From Auanema rhodensis (Eukaryota; Animalia; Nematoda): DNA of 64,000 nt. Under the pieces are notes generated by a model. That model made no database searches. It saw only the letters and a program-made list of their open reading frames with translations, and was not told where the DNA came from. Shown here one piece after another: positions 27,901-42,800 of this stretch. The stretch is from assembly GCA_964057225.1 (NCBI GenBank), contig OZ059894.1:1054001-1118000 (forward strand). Reading direction: 5' to 3'. Each line of letters begins with the position of its first letter. The first letter of the stretch is position 1. Made by a program: the position numbers and the translations under genes.

Positions 27901-30900
27901 CTTATATCAGTTGATATCTCGGTGCATTTTTAAGCTAGCGCAAATCTGATAACACAGATCGACGCAGCTTAAAAATCCGCATCGAATGCACTATACTACA
28001 TTAAGAAACGCTTGATACAAAAATTAGTTATGATCGTTTGAAAAATGATGCATTAGTGTATGTTGAGTTTCCATGTACACTCAACATTGCTTCCAAAAAC
28101 AATTTGACAAAAATTTTTTCAAAAAATTTCAAAATAATTTAGCAAAAAGTAGATGTTTTTAGATTTCTTTTTTCAAGGCAAACACGATGGACAATGTTTT
28201 TCAACGAAAAAATTAATTCTTCAGGGTGAAAATCGAGGATATAAGTGTGAACTTATATCAGTTGATATCTCGGTGCATTTTTAAGCTAGCGCAAATCTGA
28301 TAACACAGATCGACGCAGCTTAAAAATCCGCATTGAATGCACTATACTACATTGAGAAACGCTCAATACAAAAATTAGTTATGATCGTTTGAAAAATGAT
28401 GCATTAGTGTATGTTGAGTTTCCATGTACACTCAACATTGCTTCCAAAAACATTTTGACAAAAATTTTTTCGAAAAATTTCAAAATAATTTAGCAAAAAG
28501 TAGATGTTTTTAGATTCCTTTTTTCAAGGCAAACACGATGGACAATGTTTTTCAACGAAAAAATTAATTCTTCAGGGTGAAAATCGAGGATATAAGTGTG
28601 AACTTATATCAGTTGATATCTCGGTGCATTTTTAAGCTAGCGCAAATCTGATAACATGGATCGACGCAGCTTAAAAATCCGCATCGAATGCACTATACTA
28701 CATTGAGATACGCTTAATACAAAAATTAGTTATGATCGTTTGAAAAATGATGCATTAGTGTATGTTGAGTTTCCATGTACACTCAACATTGCTTCCAAAA
28801 ACATTTTGACAAAAATTTTTTCGAAAAATTTCAAAATAATTTAGCAAAAAGTAGATGTTTTTAGATTCCTTTTTTCAAGGCAAAGACGATGGACAATGTT
28901 TTTCAACGAAAAAATTAATTCTTCAGGGTGAAAATCGAGGATATAAGTGTGAACTTATATCAGTTGATATCTCGGTGCATTTTTAAGCTAGCGCAAATCT
29001 GATAACACAGATCGACGCAGCTTAAAAATCCGCATCGAATGCACTATACTACATTAAGAAACGCTTGATACAAAAGTCAGTTATGATCGTTTGAAAAATG
29101 ATGCATTAGTGTATGTTGAGTTTCCATGTACACTCAACATTGCTTCCAAAAACATTTTGACAAAAATTTTTTCAAAAAATTTCAAAATAATTTAGCAAAA
29201 AGTAGATGTTTTTAGATTTCTTTTTTCAAGGCAAACACGATGGACAATGTTTTTCAACGAAAAAATTAATTCTTCAGGGTGAAAATCGAGGATATAAGTG
29301 TGAACTTATATCAGTTGATATCTCGGTGCATTTTTAAGCTAGCGCAAATCTGATAACACAGATCGACGCAGCTTAAAAATCCGCATCGAATGCACTATAC
29401 TACATTAAGAAACGCTTGATACAAAAATTAGTTATGATCGTTTGAAAAATGATGCATTAGTGTATGTTGAGTTTCCATGTACACTCAACATTGCTTCCAA
29501 AAACAATTTGACAAAAATTTTTTCAAAAAATTTCAAAATAATTTAGCAAAAAATAGATGTTTTTAGATTTCTTTTTTCAAGGCAAACACGATGGACAATG
29601 TTTTTCAACAAAAAAATTAATTCTTCAGGGTGAAAATCGAGGATATAAGTGTGAACTTATATCAGTTGATATCTCGGTGCATTTTTAAGCTAGCGCAAAT
29701 CTGATAACACGGATCGACGCAGCTTAAAAATCCGCATCGAATGCTTTATACTACATTGAGAAACGCTTAATACAAAAATTAGTTATGATCGTTTGAAAAA
29801 TGATGCATTAGTGTATGTTGAGTTTCCATGTACACTCAACATTGCTTCCAAAAACATTTTGACAAAAATTTTTTCAAAAAATTTCAAAATAATTTAGCAA
29901 AAAGTAGATGTTTTTAGATTTCTTTTTTCAAGGCAAACACGATGGACAATGTTTTTCAACGAAAAAATTAATTCTTCAGGGTGAAAATCGAGGATATAAG
30001 TGTGAACTTATATCAGTTGATATCTCGGTGCATTTTTAAGCTAGCGCAAATCTGATAACACAGATCGACGCAGCTTAAAAATCCGCATCGAATGCACTAT
30101 ACTACATTAAGAAACGCTTGATACAAAAATTAGTTATGATCGTTTGAAAAATGATGCATTAGTGTATGTTGAGTTTCCATGTACACTCAACATTGCTTCC
30201 AAAAACAATTTGACAAAAATTTTTTCAAAAAATTTCAAAATAATTTAGCAAAAAGTAGATGTTTTTAGATTTCTTTTTTCAAGGCAAACACGATGGACAA
30301 TGTTTTTCAACGAAAAAATTAATTCTTCAGGGTGAAAATCGAGGATATAAGTGTGAACTTATATCAGTTGATATCTCGGTGCATTTTTAAGCTAGCGCAA
30401 ATCTGATAACACAGATCGACGCAGCTTAAAAATCCGCATTGAATGCACTATACTACATTGAGAAACGCTCAATACAAAAATTAGTTATGATCGTTTGAAA
30501 AATGATGCATTAGTGTATGTTGAGTTTCCATGTACACTCAACATTGCTTCCAAAAACATTTTGACAAAAATTTTTTCGAAAAATTTCAAAATAATTTAGC
30601 AAAAAGTAGATGTTTTTAGATTCCTTTTTTCAAGGCAAACACGATGGACAATGTTTTTCAACGAAAAAATTAATTCTTCAGGGTGAAAATCGAGGATATA
30701 AGTGTGAACTTATATCAGTTGATATCTCGGTGCATTTTTAAGCTAGCGCAAATCTGATAACATGGATCGACGCAGCTTAAAAATCCGCATCGAATGCACT
30801 ATACTACATTGAGATACGCTTAATACAAAAATTAGTTATGATCGTTTGAAAAATGATGCATTAGTGTATGTTGAGTTTCCATGTACACTCAACATTGCTT

Positions 30901-33900
30901 CCAAAAACATTTTGACAAAAATTTTTTCGAAAAATTTCAAAATAATTTAGCAAAAAGTAGATGTTTTTAGATTCCTTTTTTCAAGGCAAAGACGATGGAC
31001 AATGTTTTTCAACGAAAAAATTAATTCTTCAGGGTGAAAATCGAGGATATAAGTGTGAACTTATATCAGTTGATATCTCGGTGCATTTTTAAGCTAGCGC
31101 AAATCTGATAACACAGATCGACGCAGCTTAAAAATCCGCATCGAATGCACTATACTACATTAAGAAACGCTTGATACAAAAGTCAGTTATGATCGTTTGA
31201 AAAATGATGCATTAGTGTATGTTGAGTTTCCATGTACACTCAACATTGCTTCCAAAAACATTTTGACAAAAATTTTTTCAAAAAATTTCAAAATAATTTA
31301 GCAAAAAGTAGATGTTTTTAGATTTCTTTTTTCAAGGCAAACACGATGGACAATGTTTTTCAACGAAAAAATTAATTCTTCAGGGTGAAAATCGAGGATA
31401 TAAGTGTGAACTTATATCAGTTGATATCTCGGTGCATTTTTAAGCTAGCGCAAATCTGATAACACAGATCGACGCAGCTTAAAAATCCGCATCGAATGCA
31501 CTATACTACATTAAGAAACGCTTGATACAAAAATTAGTTATGATCGTTTGAAAAATGATGCATTAGTGTATGTTGAGTTTCCATGTACACTCAACATTGC
31601 TTCCAAAAACAATTTGACAAAAATTTTTTCAAAAAATTTCAAAATAATTTAGCAAAAAATAGATGTTTTTAGATTTCTTTTTTCAAGGCAAACACGATGG
31701 ACAATGTTTTTCAACAAAAAAATTAATTCTTCAGGGTGAAAATCGAGGATATAAGTGTGAACTTATATCAGTTGATATCTCGGTGCATTTTTAAGCTAGC
31801 GCAAATCTGATAACACGGATCGACGCAGCTTAAAAATCCGCATCGAATGCTTTATACTACATTGAGAAACGCTTAATACAAAAATTAGTTATGATCGTTT
31901 GAAAAATGATGCATTAGTGTATGTTGAGTTTCCATGTACACTCAACATTGCTTCCAAAAACATTTTGACAAAAATTTTTTCGAAAAATTTCAAAATAATT
32001 TAGCAAAAAGTAGATGTTTTTAGATTCCTTTTTTCAAGGCAAAGACGATGGACAATGTTTTTCAACGAAAAAATTAATTCTTCAGGGTGAAAATCGAGGA
32101 TATAAGTGTGAACTTATATCAGTTGATATCTCGGTGCATTTTTAAGCTAGCGCAAATCTGATACCACAGATCGACGCAGCTTAAAAATCCGCATCGAATG
32201 CACTATACTACATTGAGAAACGCTTAATACAAAAATTAGTTATGATCGTTTGAAAAATGATGCATTAGTGTATGTTGAGTTTCCATGTACACTCAACATT
32301 GCTTCCAAAAACATTTTGACGAAAATTTTTTCAAAAAATTTCAAAATAATTTAGCAAAAAGTAGATGTTTTTAGATTCCTTTTTTCAAGGCAAACACGAT
32401 GGACATTGTTTTTCAACGAAAAAATTAATTCTTCAGGGTGAAAATCGAGGATATAAGTGTGAACTTATATCAGTTGATATCTCGGTGCATTTTTAAGCTA
32501 GCGCAAATCTGATAACAAAGATCGACGCAGCTTAAAAATCCGCATCGAATGCACTATACTACATTGAGAAACGCTTAATACAAAAATTAGTTATGATCGT
32601 TTGAAAAATGATGCATTAGTGTATGTTGAGTTTCCATGTACACTCAACATTGCTTCCAAAAACATTTTGACAAAAATTTTTTCGAAAAATTTCAAAATAA
32701 TTTAGCAAAAAGTAGATGTTTTTAGATTCCTTTTTTCAAGGCAAACACGATGGACAATGTTTTTCAACGAAAAAATTAATTCTTCAGGGTGAAAATCGAG
32801 GATATAAGTGTGAACTTATATCAGTTGATATCTCGGTGCATTTTTAAGCTAGCGCAAATCTGATAACACGGATCGACGCAGCTTAAAAATCCGCATCGAA
32901 TGCACTATACTCCATTGAGATACGCTTAATACAAAAATTAGTTATGATCGTTTGAAAAATGATGCATTAGTGTATGTTGAGTTTCCATGTACACTCAACA
33001 TTGCTTCCAAAAACATTTTGACAAAAATTTTTTCGAAAAATTTCAAAATAATTTAGCAAAAAGTAGATGTTTTTAGATTCCTTTTTTCAAGGCAAAGACG
33101 ATGGACAATGTTTTTCAACGAAAAAATTAATTCTTCAGGGTGAAAATCAAGGATATAAGTGTGAACTTATATCAGTTGATATCTCGGTGCATTTTTAAGC
33201 TAGCGCAAATCTGATACCACAGATCGACGCAGCTTAAAAATCCGCATCGAATGCACTATACTACATTAAGAAACGCTTGATACAAAAGTTAGTTATGATC
33301 GTTTGAAAAATGATGCATTAGTGTATGTTGAGTTTCCATGTACACTCAACATTGCTTCCAAAAACATTTTGACAAAAATTTTTTCAAAAAATTTCAAAAT
33401 AATTTAGCAAAAAGTAGATGTTTTTAGATTTCTTTTTTCAAGGCAAACACGATGGACAATGTTTTTCAACGAAAAAATTAATTCTTCAGGGTGAAAATCG
33501 AGGATATAAGTGTGAACTTATATCAGTTGATATCTCGGTGCATTTTTAAGCTAGCGCAAATCTGATAACACAGATCGACGCAGCTTAAAAATCCGCATCG
33601 AATGCACTATACTACATTAAGAAACGCTTGATACAAAAATTAGTTATGATCGTTTGAAAAATGATGCATTAGTGTATGTTGAGTTTCCATGTACACTCAA
33701 CATTGCTTCCAAAAACAATTTGACAAAAATTTTTTCAAAAAATTTCAAAATAATTTAGCAAAAAGTAGATGTTTTTAGATTTCTTTTTTCAAGGCAAACA
33801 CGATGGACAATGTTTTTCAACGAAAAAATTAATTCTTCAGGGTGAAAATCGAGGATATAAGTGTGAACTTATATCAGTTGATATCTCGGTGCATTTTTAA

Positions 33901-34043
33901 GCTAGCGCAAATCTGATAACACGGATCGACGCAGCTTAAAAATCCGCATCGAATGCTTTATACTACATTGAGAAACGCTTAATACAAAAATTAGTTATGA
34001 TCGTTTGAAAAATGATGCATTAGTGTATGTTGAGTTTCCATGT
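24918..34043 (+). repeat. Sub-domain with 6-monomer (2106 bp) periodicity, including tandem duplicate 27726-29831 / 29832-31937
   Basis: GAGATACG marker at 25199, 27305, 28709, 30815, 32921 (spacings of 6, 4, 6, 6 monomers). Private variants pair at 29078/31184 and 29610/31716 (+2106). Confidence 0.88.
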
Positions 34044-36851
34044 ACACTCAACATTGCTTCCAAAAACATTTTGACAAAAATTTTTTCGAAAAATTTCAAA
34101 ATAATTTAGCAAAAAGTAGATGTTTTTAGATTCCTTTTTTCAAGGCAAAGACGATGGACAATGTTTTTCAACGAAAAAATTAATTCTTCAGGGTGAAAAT
34201 CGAGGATATAAGTGTGAACTTATATCAGTTGATATCTCGGTGCATTTTTAAGCTAGCGCAAATCTGATACCACAGATCGACGCAGCTTAAAAATCCGCAT
34301 CGAATGCACTATACTACATTGAGAAACGCTTAATACAAAAATTAGTTATGATCGTTTGAAAAATGATGCATTAGTGTATGTTGAGTTTCCATGTACACTC
34401 AACATTGCTTCCAAAAACATTTTGACGAAAATTTTTTCAAAAAATTTCAAAATAATTTAGCAAAAAGTAGATGTTTTTAGATTCCTTTTTTCAAGGCAAA
34501 CACGATGGACATTGTTTTTCAACGAAAAAATTAATTCTTCAGGGTGAAAATCGAGGATATAAGTGTGAACTTATATCAGTTGATATCTCGGTGCATTTTT
34601 AAGCTAGCGCAAATCTGATAACAAAGATCGACGCAGCTTAAAAATCCGCATCGAATGCACTATACTACATTGAGAAACGCTTAATACAAAAATTAGTTAT
34701 GATCGTTTGAAAAATGATGCATTAGTGTATGTTGAGTTTCCATGTACACTCAACATTGCTTCCAAAAACATTTTGACAAAAATTTTTTCAAAAAATTTCA
34801 AAATAATTTAGCAAAAAGTAGATGTTTTTAGGTTCCTTTTTTCAAGGCAAAGACGATGGACAATGTTTTTCAACGAAAAAATTAATTCTTCAGGGTGAAA
34901 ATCGAGGATATAAATGTGAACTTATATCAGTTGATATCTCGGTGCATTTTTAAGCTAGCGCAAATCTGATAACACGGATCGACGCAGCTTAAAAATCCGC
35001 ATCGAATGCACTATACTACATTGAGAAACGCTCAATACAAAAATTAGTTATGATCGTTTGAAAAATGATGCATTAGTGTATGTTGAGTTTCCATGTACAC
35101 TCAACATTGCTTCCAAAAACATTTTGACAAAAATTTTTTCGAAAAATTTCAAAATAATTTAGCAAAAAGTAGATGTTTTTAGATTCCTTTTTTCAAGGCA
35201 AACACGATGGACATTGTTTTTCAACGAAAAAATTAATTCTTCAGGGTGAAAATCGAGGATATAAGTGTGAACTTATATCAGTTGATATCTCGGTGCATTT
35301 TTAAGCTAGCGCAAATCTGATAACAAAGATCGACGCAGCTTAAAAATCCGCATCGAATGCACTATACTACATTGAGAAACGCTTAATACAAAAATTAGTT
35401 ATGATCGTTTGAAAAATGATGCATTAGTGTATGTTGAGTTTCCATGTACACTCAACATTGCTTCCAAAAACATTTTGACAAAAATGTTTTCAAAAAATTT
35501 CAAAATAATTTAGCAAAAAGTAGATGTTTTTAGATTCCTTTTTTCAAGGCAAAGACGATGGACAATGTTTTTCAACGAAAAAATTAATTCTTCAGGGTGA
35601 AAATCGAGGATATAAGTGTGAACTTATATCAGTTGATATCTCGGTGCATTTTTAAGCTAGCGCAAATCTGATACCACAGATCGACGCAGCTTAAAAATCC
35701 GCATCGAATGCACTATACTACATTGAGAAACGCTTAATACAAAAATTAGTTATGATCGTTTGAAAAATGATGCATTAGTGTATGTTGAGTTTCCATGTAC
35801 ACTCAACATTGCTTCCAAAAACATTTTGACGAAAATTTTTTCAAAAAATTTCAAAATAATTTAGCAAAAAGTAGATGTTTTTAGATTCCTTTTTTCAAGG
35901 CAAACACGATGGACATTGTTTTTCAACGAAAAAATTAATTCTTCAGGGTGAAAATCGAGGATATAAGTGTGAACTTATATCAGTTGATATCTCGGTGCAT
36001 TTTTAAGCTAGCGCAAATCTGATAACAAAGATCGACGCAGCTTAAAAATCCGCATCGAATGCACTATACTACATTGAGAAACGCTTAATACAAAAATTAG
36101 TTATGATCGTTTGAAAAATGATGCATTAGTGTATGTTGAGTTTCCATGTACACTCAACATTGCTTCCAAAAACATTTTGACAAAAATTTTTTCAAAAAAT
36201 TTCAAAATAATTTAGCAAAAAGTAGATGTTTTTAGGTTCCTTTTTTCAAGGCAAAGACGATGGACAATGTTTTTCAACGAAAAAATTAATTCTTCAGGGT
36301 GAAAATCGAGGATATAAATGTGAACTTATATCAGTTGATATCTCGGTGCATTTTTAAGCTAGCGCAAATCTGATAACACGGATCGACGCAGCTTAAAAAT
36401 CCGCATCGAATGCACTATACTACATTGAGAAACGCTCAATACAAAAATTAGTTATGATCGTTTGAAAAATGATGCATTAGTGTATGTTGAGTTTCCATGT
36501 ACACTCAACATTGCTTCCAAAAACATTTTGACAAAAATTTTTTCGAAAAATTTCAAAATAATTTAGCAAAAAGTAGATGTTTTTAGATTCCTTTTTTCAA
36601 GGCAAACACGATGGACATTGTTTTTCAACGAAAAAATTAATTCTTCAGGGTGAAAATCGAGGATATAAGTGTGAACTTATATCAGTTGATATCTCGGTGC
36701 ATTTTTAAGCTAGCGCAAATCTGATAACAAAGATCGACGCAGCTTAAAAATCCGCATCGAATGCACTATACTACATTGAGAAACGCTTAATACAAAAATT
36801 AGTTATGATCGTTTGAAAAATGATGCATTAGTGTATGTTGAGTTTCCATGT
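34044..36851 (+). repeat. Tandem 4-monomer duplication (1404 bp)
   Basis: Monomer types at 34044/34395/34746/35097 recur in order at 35448/35799/36150/36501. For example, the TAGGTTCC+TAAATGTG+CACGG+CTCAAT monomer occurs at 34746 and 36150. Confidence 0.78.
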
Positions 36852-39800
36852 ACACTCAACATTGCTTCCAAAAACATTTTGACAAAAATTTTTTCAAAAA
36901 ATTTCAATATAATTTAGCAAAAAGTAGATGTTTTTAGATTCCTTTTTTCAAGGCAAAGACGATGGACAATGTTTTTCAACGAAAAAATTAATTCTTCAGG
37001 GTGAAAATCGAGGATATAAGTGTGAACTTATATCAGTTGATATCTCGGTGCATTTTTAAGCTAGCGCAAATCTGATAACAAAGATCGACGCAGCTTAAAA
37101 ATCCGCATCGAATGCACTATACTACATTGAGAAACGCTTAATACAAAAATTAGTTATGATCGTTTGAAAAATGATGCATTAGTGTATGTTGAGTTTCCAT
37201 GTACACTCAACATTGCTTCCAAAAACATTTTGACAAAAATTTTTTCAAAAAATTTCAAAAATATTTAGCAAAAAAGAGATGTTATTAGGTTCCTTTTTTC
37301 AAGGCAAAGACGATGGACAAAGTTTTTCAACGAAAAAATTATTTCTTCAGGGTGAAAATCGAGGATATAAATGTGAACTTATATCAGTTGATATCTCGGT
37401 GCATTTTTAAGCTAGCGCAAATCTGATAACACGGATCGACGCAGCTTAAAAATCCGCATCGAATGCACTATACTACATTGAGAAACGCTCAATACAAAAA
37501 TTAGTTATGATCGTTTGAAAAATGATGCATTAGTGTATGTTGAGTTTCCATGTACACTCAACATTGCTTCCAAAAACATTTTGACAAAAATTTTTTCGAA
37601 AAATTTCAAAATAATTTAGCAAAAAGTAGATGTTTTTAGATTCCTTTTTTCAAGGCAAACACGATGGACATTGTTTTTCAACGAAAAAATTAATTCTTCA
37701 GGGTGAAAATCGAGGATATAAGTGTGAACTTATATCAGTTGATATCTCGGTGCATTTTTAAGCTAGCGCAAATCTGATAACAAAGATCGACGCAGCTTAA
37801 AAATCCGCATTGAATGCACTATACTACATTGAGAAACGCTCAATACAAAAATTAGTTATGATCGTTTGAAAAATGATGCATTAGTGTATGTTGAGTTTCC
37901 ATGTACACTCAACATTGCTTCCAAAAACATTTTGACAAAAATTTTTTCGAAAAATTTCAAAATAATTTAGCAAAAAGTAGATGTTTTTAGATTCCTTTTT
38001 TCAAGGCAAACACGATGGACAATGTTTTTCAACGAAAAAATTAATTCTTCAGGGTGAAAATCGAGGATATAAGTGTGAACTTATATCAGTTGATATCTCG
38101 GTGCATTTTTAAGCTAGCGCAAATCTGATAACACAGATCGACGCAGCTTGAAAATCCGCATCGAATGCACTATACTACATTGAGAAACGCTCAATACAAA
38201 AATTAGTTATGATCGTTTGAAAAATGATGCATTAGTGTATGTTGAGTTTCCATGTACACTCAACATTGCTTCCAAAAACATTTTGACAAAAATTTTTTCG
38301 AAAATATTCAAAATAATTTAGCAAAAAGTAGATGTTTTTAGATTCCTTTTTTCAAGGCAAACACGATGGACAATGTTTTTAAACGAAAAAATTAATTCTT
38401 CAGGGTGAAAATCGAGGATATAAGTGTGAACTTATATCAGTTGATATCTCGGTGCATTTTTAAGCTAGCGCAAATCTGATAACACAGATCGACGCAGCTT
38501 AAAAATCCGCATTGAATGCACTATACTACATTGAGAAACGCTCAATACAAAAATTAGTTATGATCGTTTGAAAAATGATGCATTAGTGTATGTTGAGTTT
38601 CCATGTACACTCAACATTGCTTCCAAAAACATTTTGACAAAAATTTTTTCGAAAAATTTCAAAATAATTTAGGAAAAAGTAGATGTTTTTAGATTCCTTT
38701 TTTCAAGGCAAAGACGATGGACAATGTTTTTCAACGAAAAAATTAATTCTTCAGGGTGAAAATCGAGGATATAAGTGTGAACTTATATCAGTTGATATCT
38801 CGGTGCATTTTTAAGCTAGCGCAAATCTGATAACACAGATCGACGCAGCTTAAAAATCCGCATCGAATGCACTATACTACATTGAGAAACGCTTTATACA
38901 AAAATTAGTTATGATCGTTTGAAAAATGATGCATTAGTGTATGTTGAGTTTCCATGTACACTCAACATTGCTTCCAAAAACATTTTGACAAAAATTTTTT
39001 CGAAAAATTTCAAAATAATTTAGCAAAAAGTAGATGTTTTTAGATTCCTTTTTTCAAGGCAAAGACGATGGACAATGTTTTTCAACGAAAAAATTAATTC
39101 TTCAGGGTGAAAATCGAGGATATAAATGTGAACTTATATCAGTTGATATCTCGGTGCATTTTTAAGCTAGCGCAAATCTGATAACACGGATCGACGCAGC
39201 TTAAAAATCCGCATCGAATGCACTATACTACATTGAGAAACGCTCAATACAAAAATTAGTTATGATCGTTTGAAAAATGATGCATTAGTGTATGTTGAGT
39301 TTCCATGTACACTCAACATTGCTTCCAAAAACATTTTGACAAAAATTTTTTCGAAAAATTTCAAAATAATTTAGCAAAAAGTAGATGTTTTTAGATTCCT
39401 TTTTTCAAGGCAAACACGATGGACATTGTTTTTCAACGAAAAAATTAATTCTTCAGGGTGAAAATCGAGGATATAAGTGTGAACTTATATCAGTTGATAT
39501 CTCGGTGCATTTTTAAGCTAGCGCAAATCTGATAACAAAGATCGACGCAGCTTAAAAATCCGCATCGAATGCACTATACTACATTGAGAAACGCTTAATA
39601 CAAAAATTAGTTATGATCGTTTGAAAAATGATGCATTAGTGTATGTTGAGTTTCCATGTACACTCAACATTGCTTCCAAAAACATTTTGACAAAAATTTT
39701 TTCAAAAAATTTCAAAATAATTTAGCAAAAAGTAGATGTTTTTAGATTCCTTTTTTCAAGGCAAAGACGATGGACAATGTTTTTCAACGAAAAAATTAAT

Positions 39801-42800
39801 TCTTCAGGGTGAAAATCGAGGATATAAGTGTGAACTTATATCAGTTGATATCTCGGTGCATTTTTAAGCTAGCGCAAATCTGATAACAAAGATCGACGCA
39901 GCTTAAAAATCCGCATCGAATGCACTATACTACATTGAGAAACGCTTAATACAAAAATTAGTTATGATCGTTTGAAAAATGATGCATTAGTGTATGTTGA
40001 GTTTCCATGTACACTCAACATTGCTTCCAAAAACATTTTGACAAAAATTTTTTCAAAAAATTTCAAAATAATTTAGCAAAAAAGAGATGTTTTTAGGTTC
40101 CTTTTTTCAAGGCAAAGACGATGGACAATGTTTTTCAACGAAAAAATTAATTCTTCAGGGTGAAAATCGAGGATATAAGTGTGAACTTATATCAGTTGAT
40201 ATCTCGGTGCATTTTTAAGCTAGCGCAAATCTGATAACACAGATCGACGCAGCTTAAAAATCCGCATCGAATGCACTATACTACATTAAGAAACGCTTGA
40301 TACAAAAATTAGTTATGATCGTTTGAAAAATGATGCATTAGTGTATGTTGAGTTTCCATGTACACTCAACATTGCTTCCAAAAACATTTTGACAAAAATT
40401 TTTTCGAAAAATTTCAAAATAATTTAGCAAAAAGTAGATGTTTTTAGATTCCTTTTTTCAAGGCAAAGACGATGGACAATGTTTTTCAACGAAAAAATTA
40501 ATTCTTCAGGGTGAAAATCGAGGATATAAGTGTGAACTTATATCAGTTGATATCTCGGTGCATTTTTAAGCTAGCGCAAATCTGATACCACAGATCGACG
40601 CAGCTTAAAAATCCGCGTCGAATGCACTATACTACATTGAGAAACGCTTAATACAAAAATTAGTTATGATCGTTTGAAAAATGATGCATTAGTGTATGTT
40701 GAGTTTCCATGTACACTCAACATTGCTTCCAAAAACATTTTGACGAAAATTTTTTCAAAAAATTTCAAAATAATTTAGCAAAAAGTAGATGTTTTTAGAT
40801 TCCTTTTTTCAAGGCAAACACGATGGACATTGTTTTTCAACGAAAAAATTAATTCTTCAGGGTGAAAATCGAGGATATAAGTGTGAACTTATATCAGTTG
40901 ATATCTCGGTGCATTTTTAAGCTAGCGCAAATCTGATAACAAAGATCGACGCAGCTTAAAAATCCGCATCGAATGCACTATACTACATTGAGAAACGCTT
41001 AATACAAAAATTAGTTATGATCGTTTGAAAAATGATGCATTAGTGTATGTTGAGTTTCCATGTACACTCAACATTGCTTCCAAAAACATTTTGACAAAAA
41101 TTTTTTCAAAAAATTTCAAAATAATTTAGCGAAAAGTAGATGTTTTTAGGTTCCTTTTTTCAAGGCAAAGACGATGGACAATGTTTTTCAACGAAAAAAT
41201 TAATTCTTCAGGGTGAAAATCGAGGATATAAATGTGAACTTATATCAGTTGATATCTCGGTGCATTTTTAAGCTAGCGCAAATCTGATAACACGGATCGA
41301 CGCAGCTTGAAAATCCGCATCGAATGCACTATACTACATTGAGAAACGCTTAATACAAAAATTAGTTATGATCGTTTGAAAAATGATGCATTAGTGTATG
41401 TTGAGTTTCCATGTACACTCAACATTGCTTCCAAAAACATTTTGACGAAAACTTTTTCAAAAAATTTCAAAATAATTTAGCAAAAAGTAGATGTTTTTAG
41501 ATTCCTTTTTTCAAGGCAAACACGATGGACATTGTTTTTCAACGAAAAAATTAATTCTTCAGGGTGAAAATCGAGGATATAAGTGTGAACTTATATCAGT
41601 TGATATCTCGGTGCATTTTTAAGCTAGCGCAAATCTGATAACAAAGATCGACGCAGCTTAAAAATCCGCATTGAATGCACTATACTACATTGAGAAACGC
41701 TCAATACAAAAATTAGTTATGATCGTTTGAAAAATGATGCATTAGTGTATGTTGAGTTTCCATGTACACTCAACATTGCTTCCAAAAACATTTTGACAAA
41801 AATTTTTTCGAAAATATTCAAAATAATTTAGCAAAAAGTAGATGTTTTTAGATTCTTTTTTTCAAGGCAAACACGATGGACAATGTTTTTCAACGAAAAA
41901 ATTAATTCTTCAGGGTGAAAATCGAGGATATAAGTGTGAACTTATATCAGTTGATATCTCGGTGCATTTTTAAGCTAGCGCAAATCTGATAACAAAGATC
42001 GACGCAGCTTAAAAATCCGCATTGAATGCACTATACTACATTGAGAAACGCTTTATACAAAAATTAGTTATGATCGTTTGAAAAATGATGCATTAGTGTA
42101 TGTTGAGTTTCCATGTACACTCAACATTGCTTCCAAAAACATTTTGACAAAAATTTTTTCAAAAAATTTCAAAATAATTTAGCAAAAAGTAGATGTTTTT
42201 AGGTTCCTTTTTTCAAGGCAAAGACGATGGACAATGTTTTTCAACGAAAAAATTAATTCTTCAGGGTGAAAATCGAGGATATAAATGTGAACTTATATCA
42301 GTTGATATCTCGGTGCATTTTTAAGCTAGCGCAAATCTGATAACACGGATCGACGCAGCTTAAAAATCCGCATCGAATGCACTATACTACATTGAGAAAT
42401 GCTTAATACAAAAATTAGTTATGATCGTTTGAAAAATGATGCATTAGTGTATGTTGAGTTTCCATGTACACTCAACATTGCTTCCAAAAACATTTTGACG
42501 AAAATTTTTTCAAAAAATTTCAAAATAATTTAGCAAAAAGTAGATGTTTTTAGATTCCTTTTTTCAAGGCAAAGACGATGGACAATGTTTTTCAACGAAA
42601 AAATTAATTCTTCAGGATGAAAATCGAGGATTTAAGTGTGAACTTATATCAGTTGATATCTCGGTGCATTTTAAAGCTAGCGCAAATCTGATAACAAAGA
42701 TCGACGCAGCTTAAAAATCCGCATCGAATGCACTATACTACATTGAGAAACGCTTAATACAAAAATTAGTTATGATCGTTTGAAAAATGATGCATTAGTG

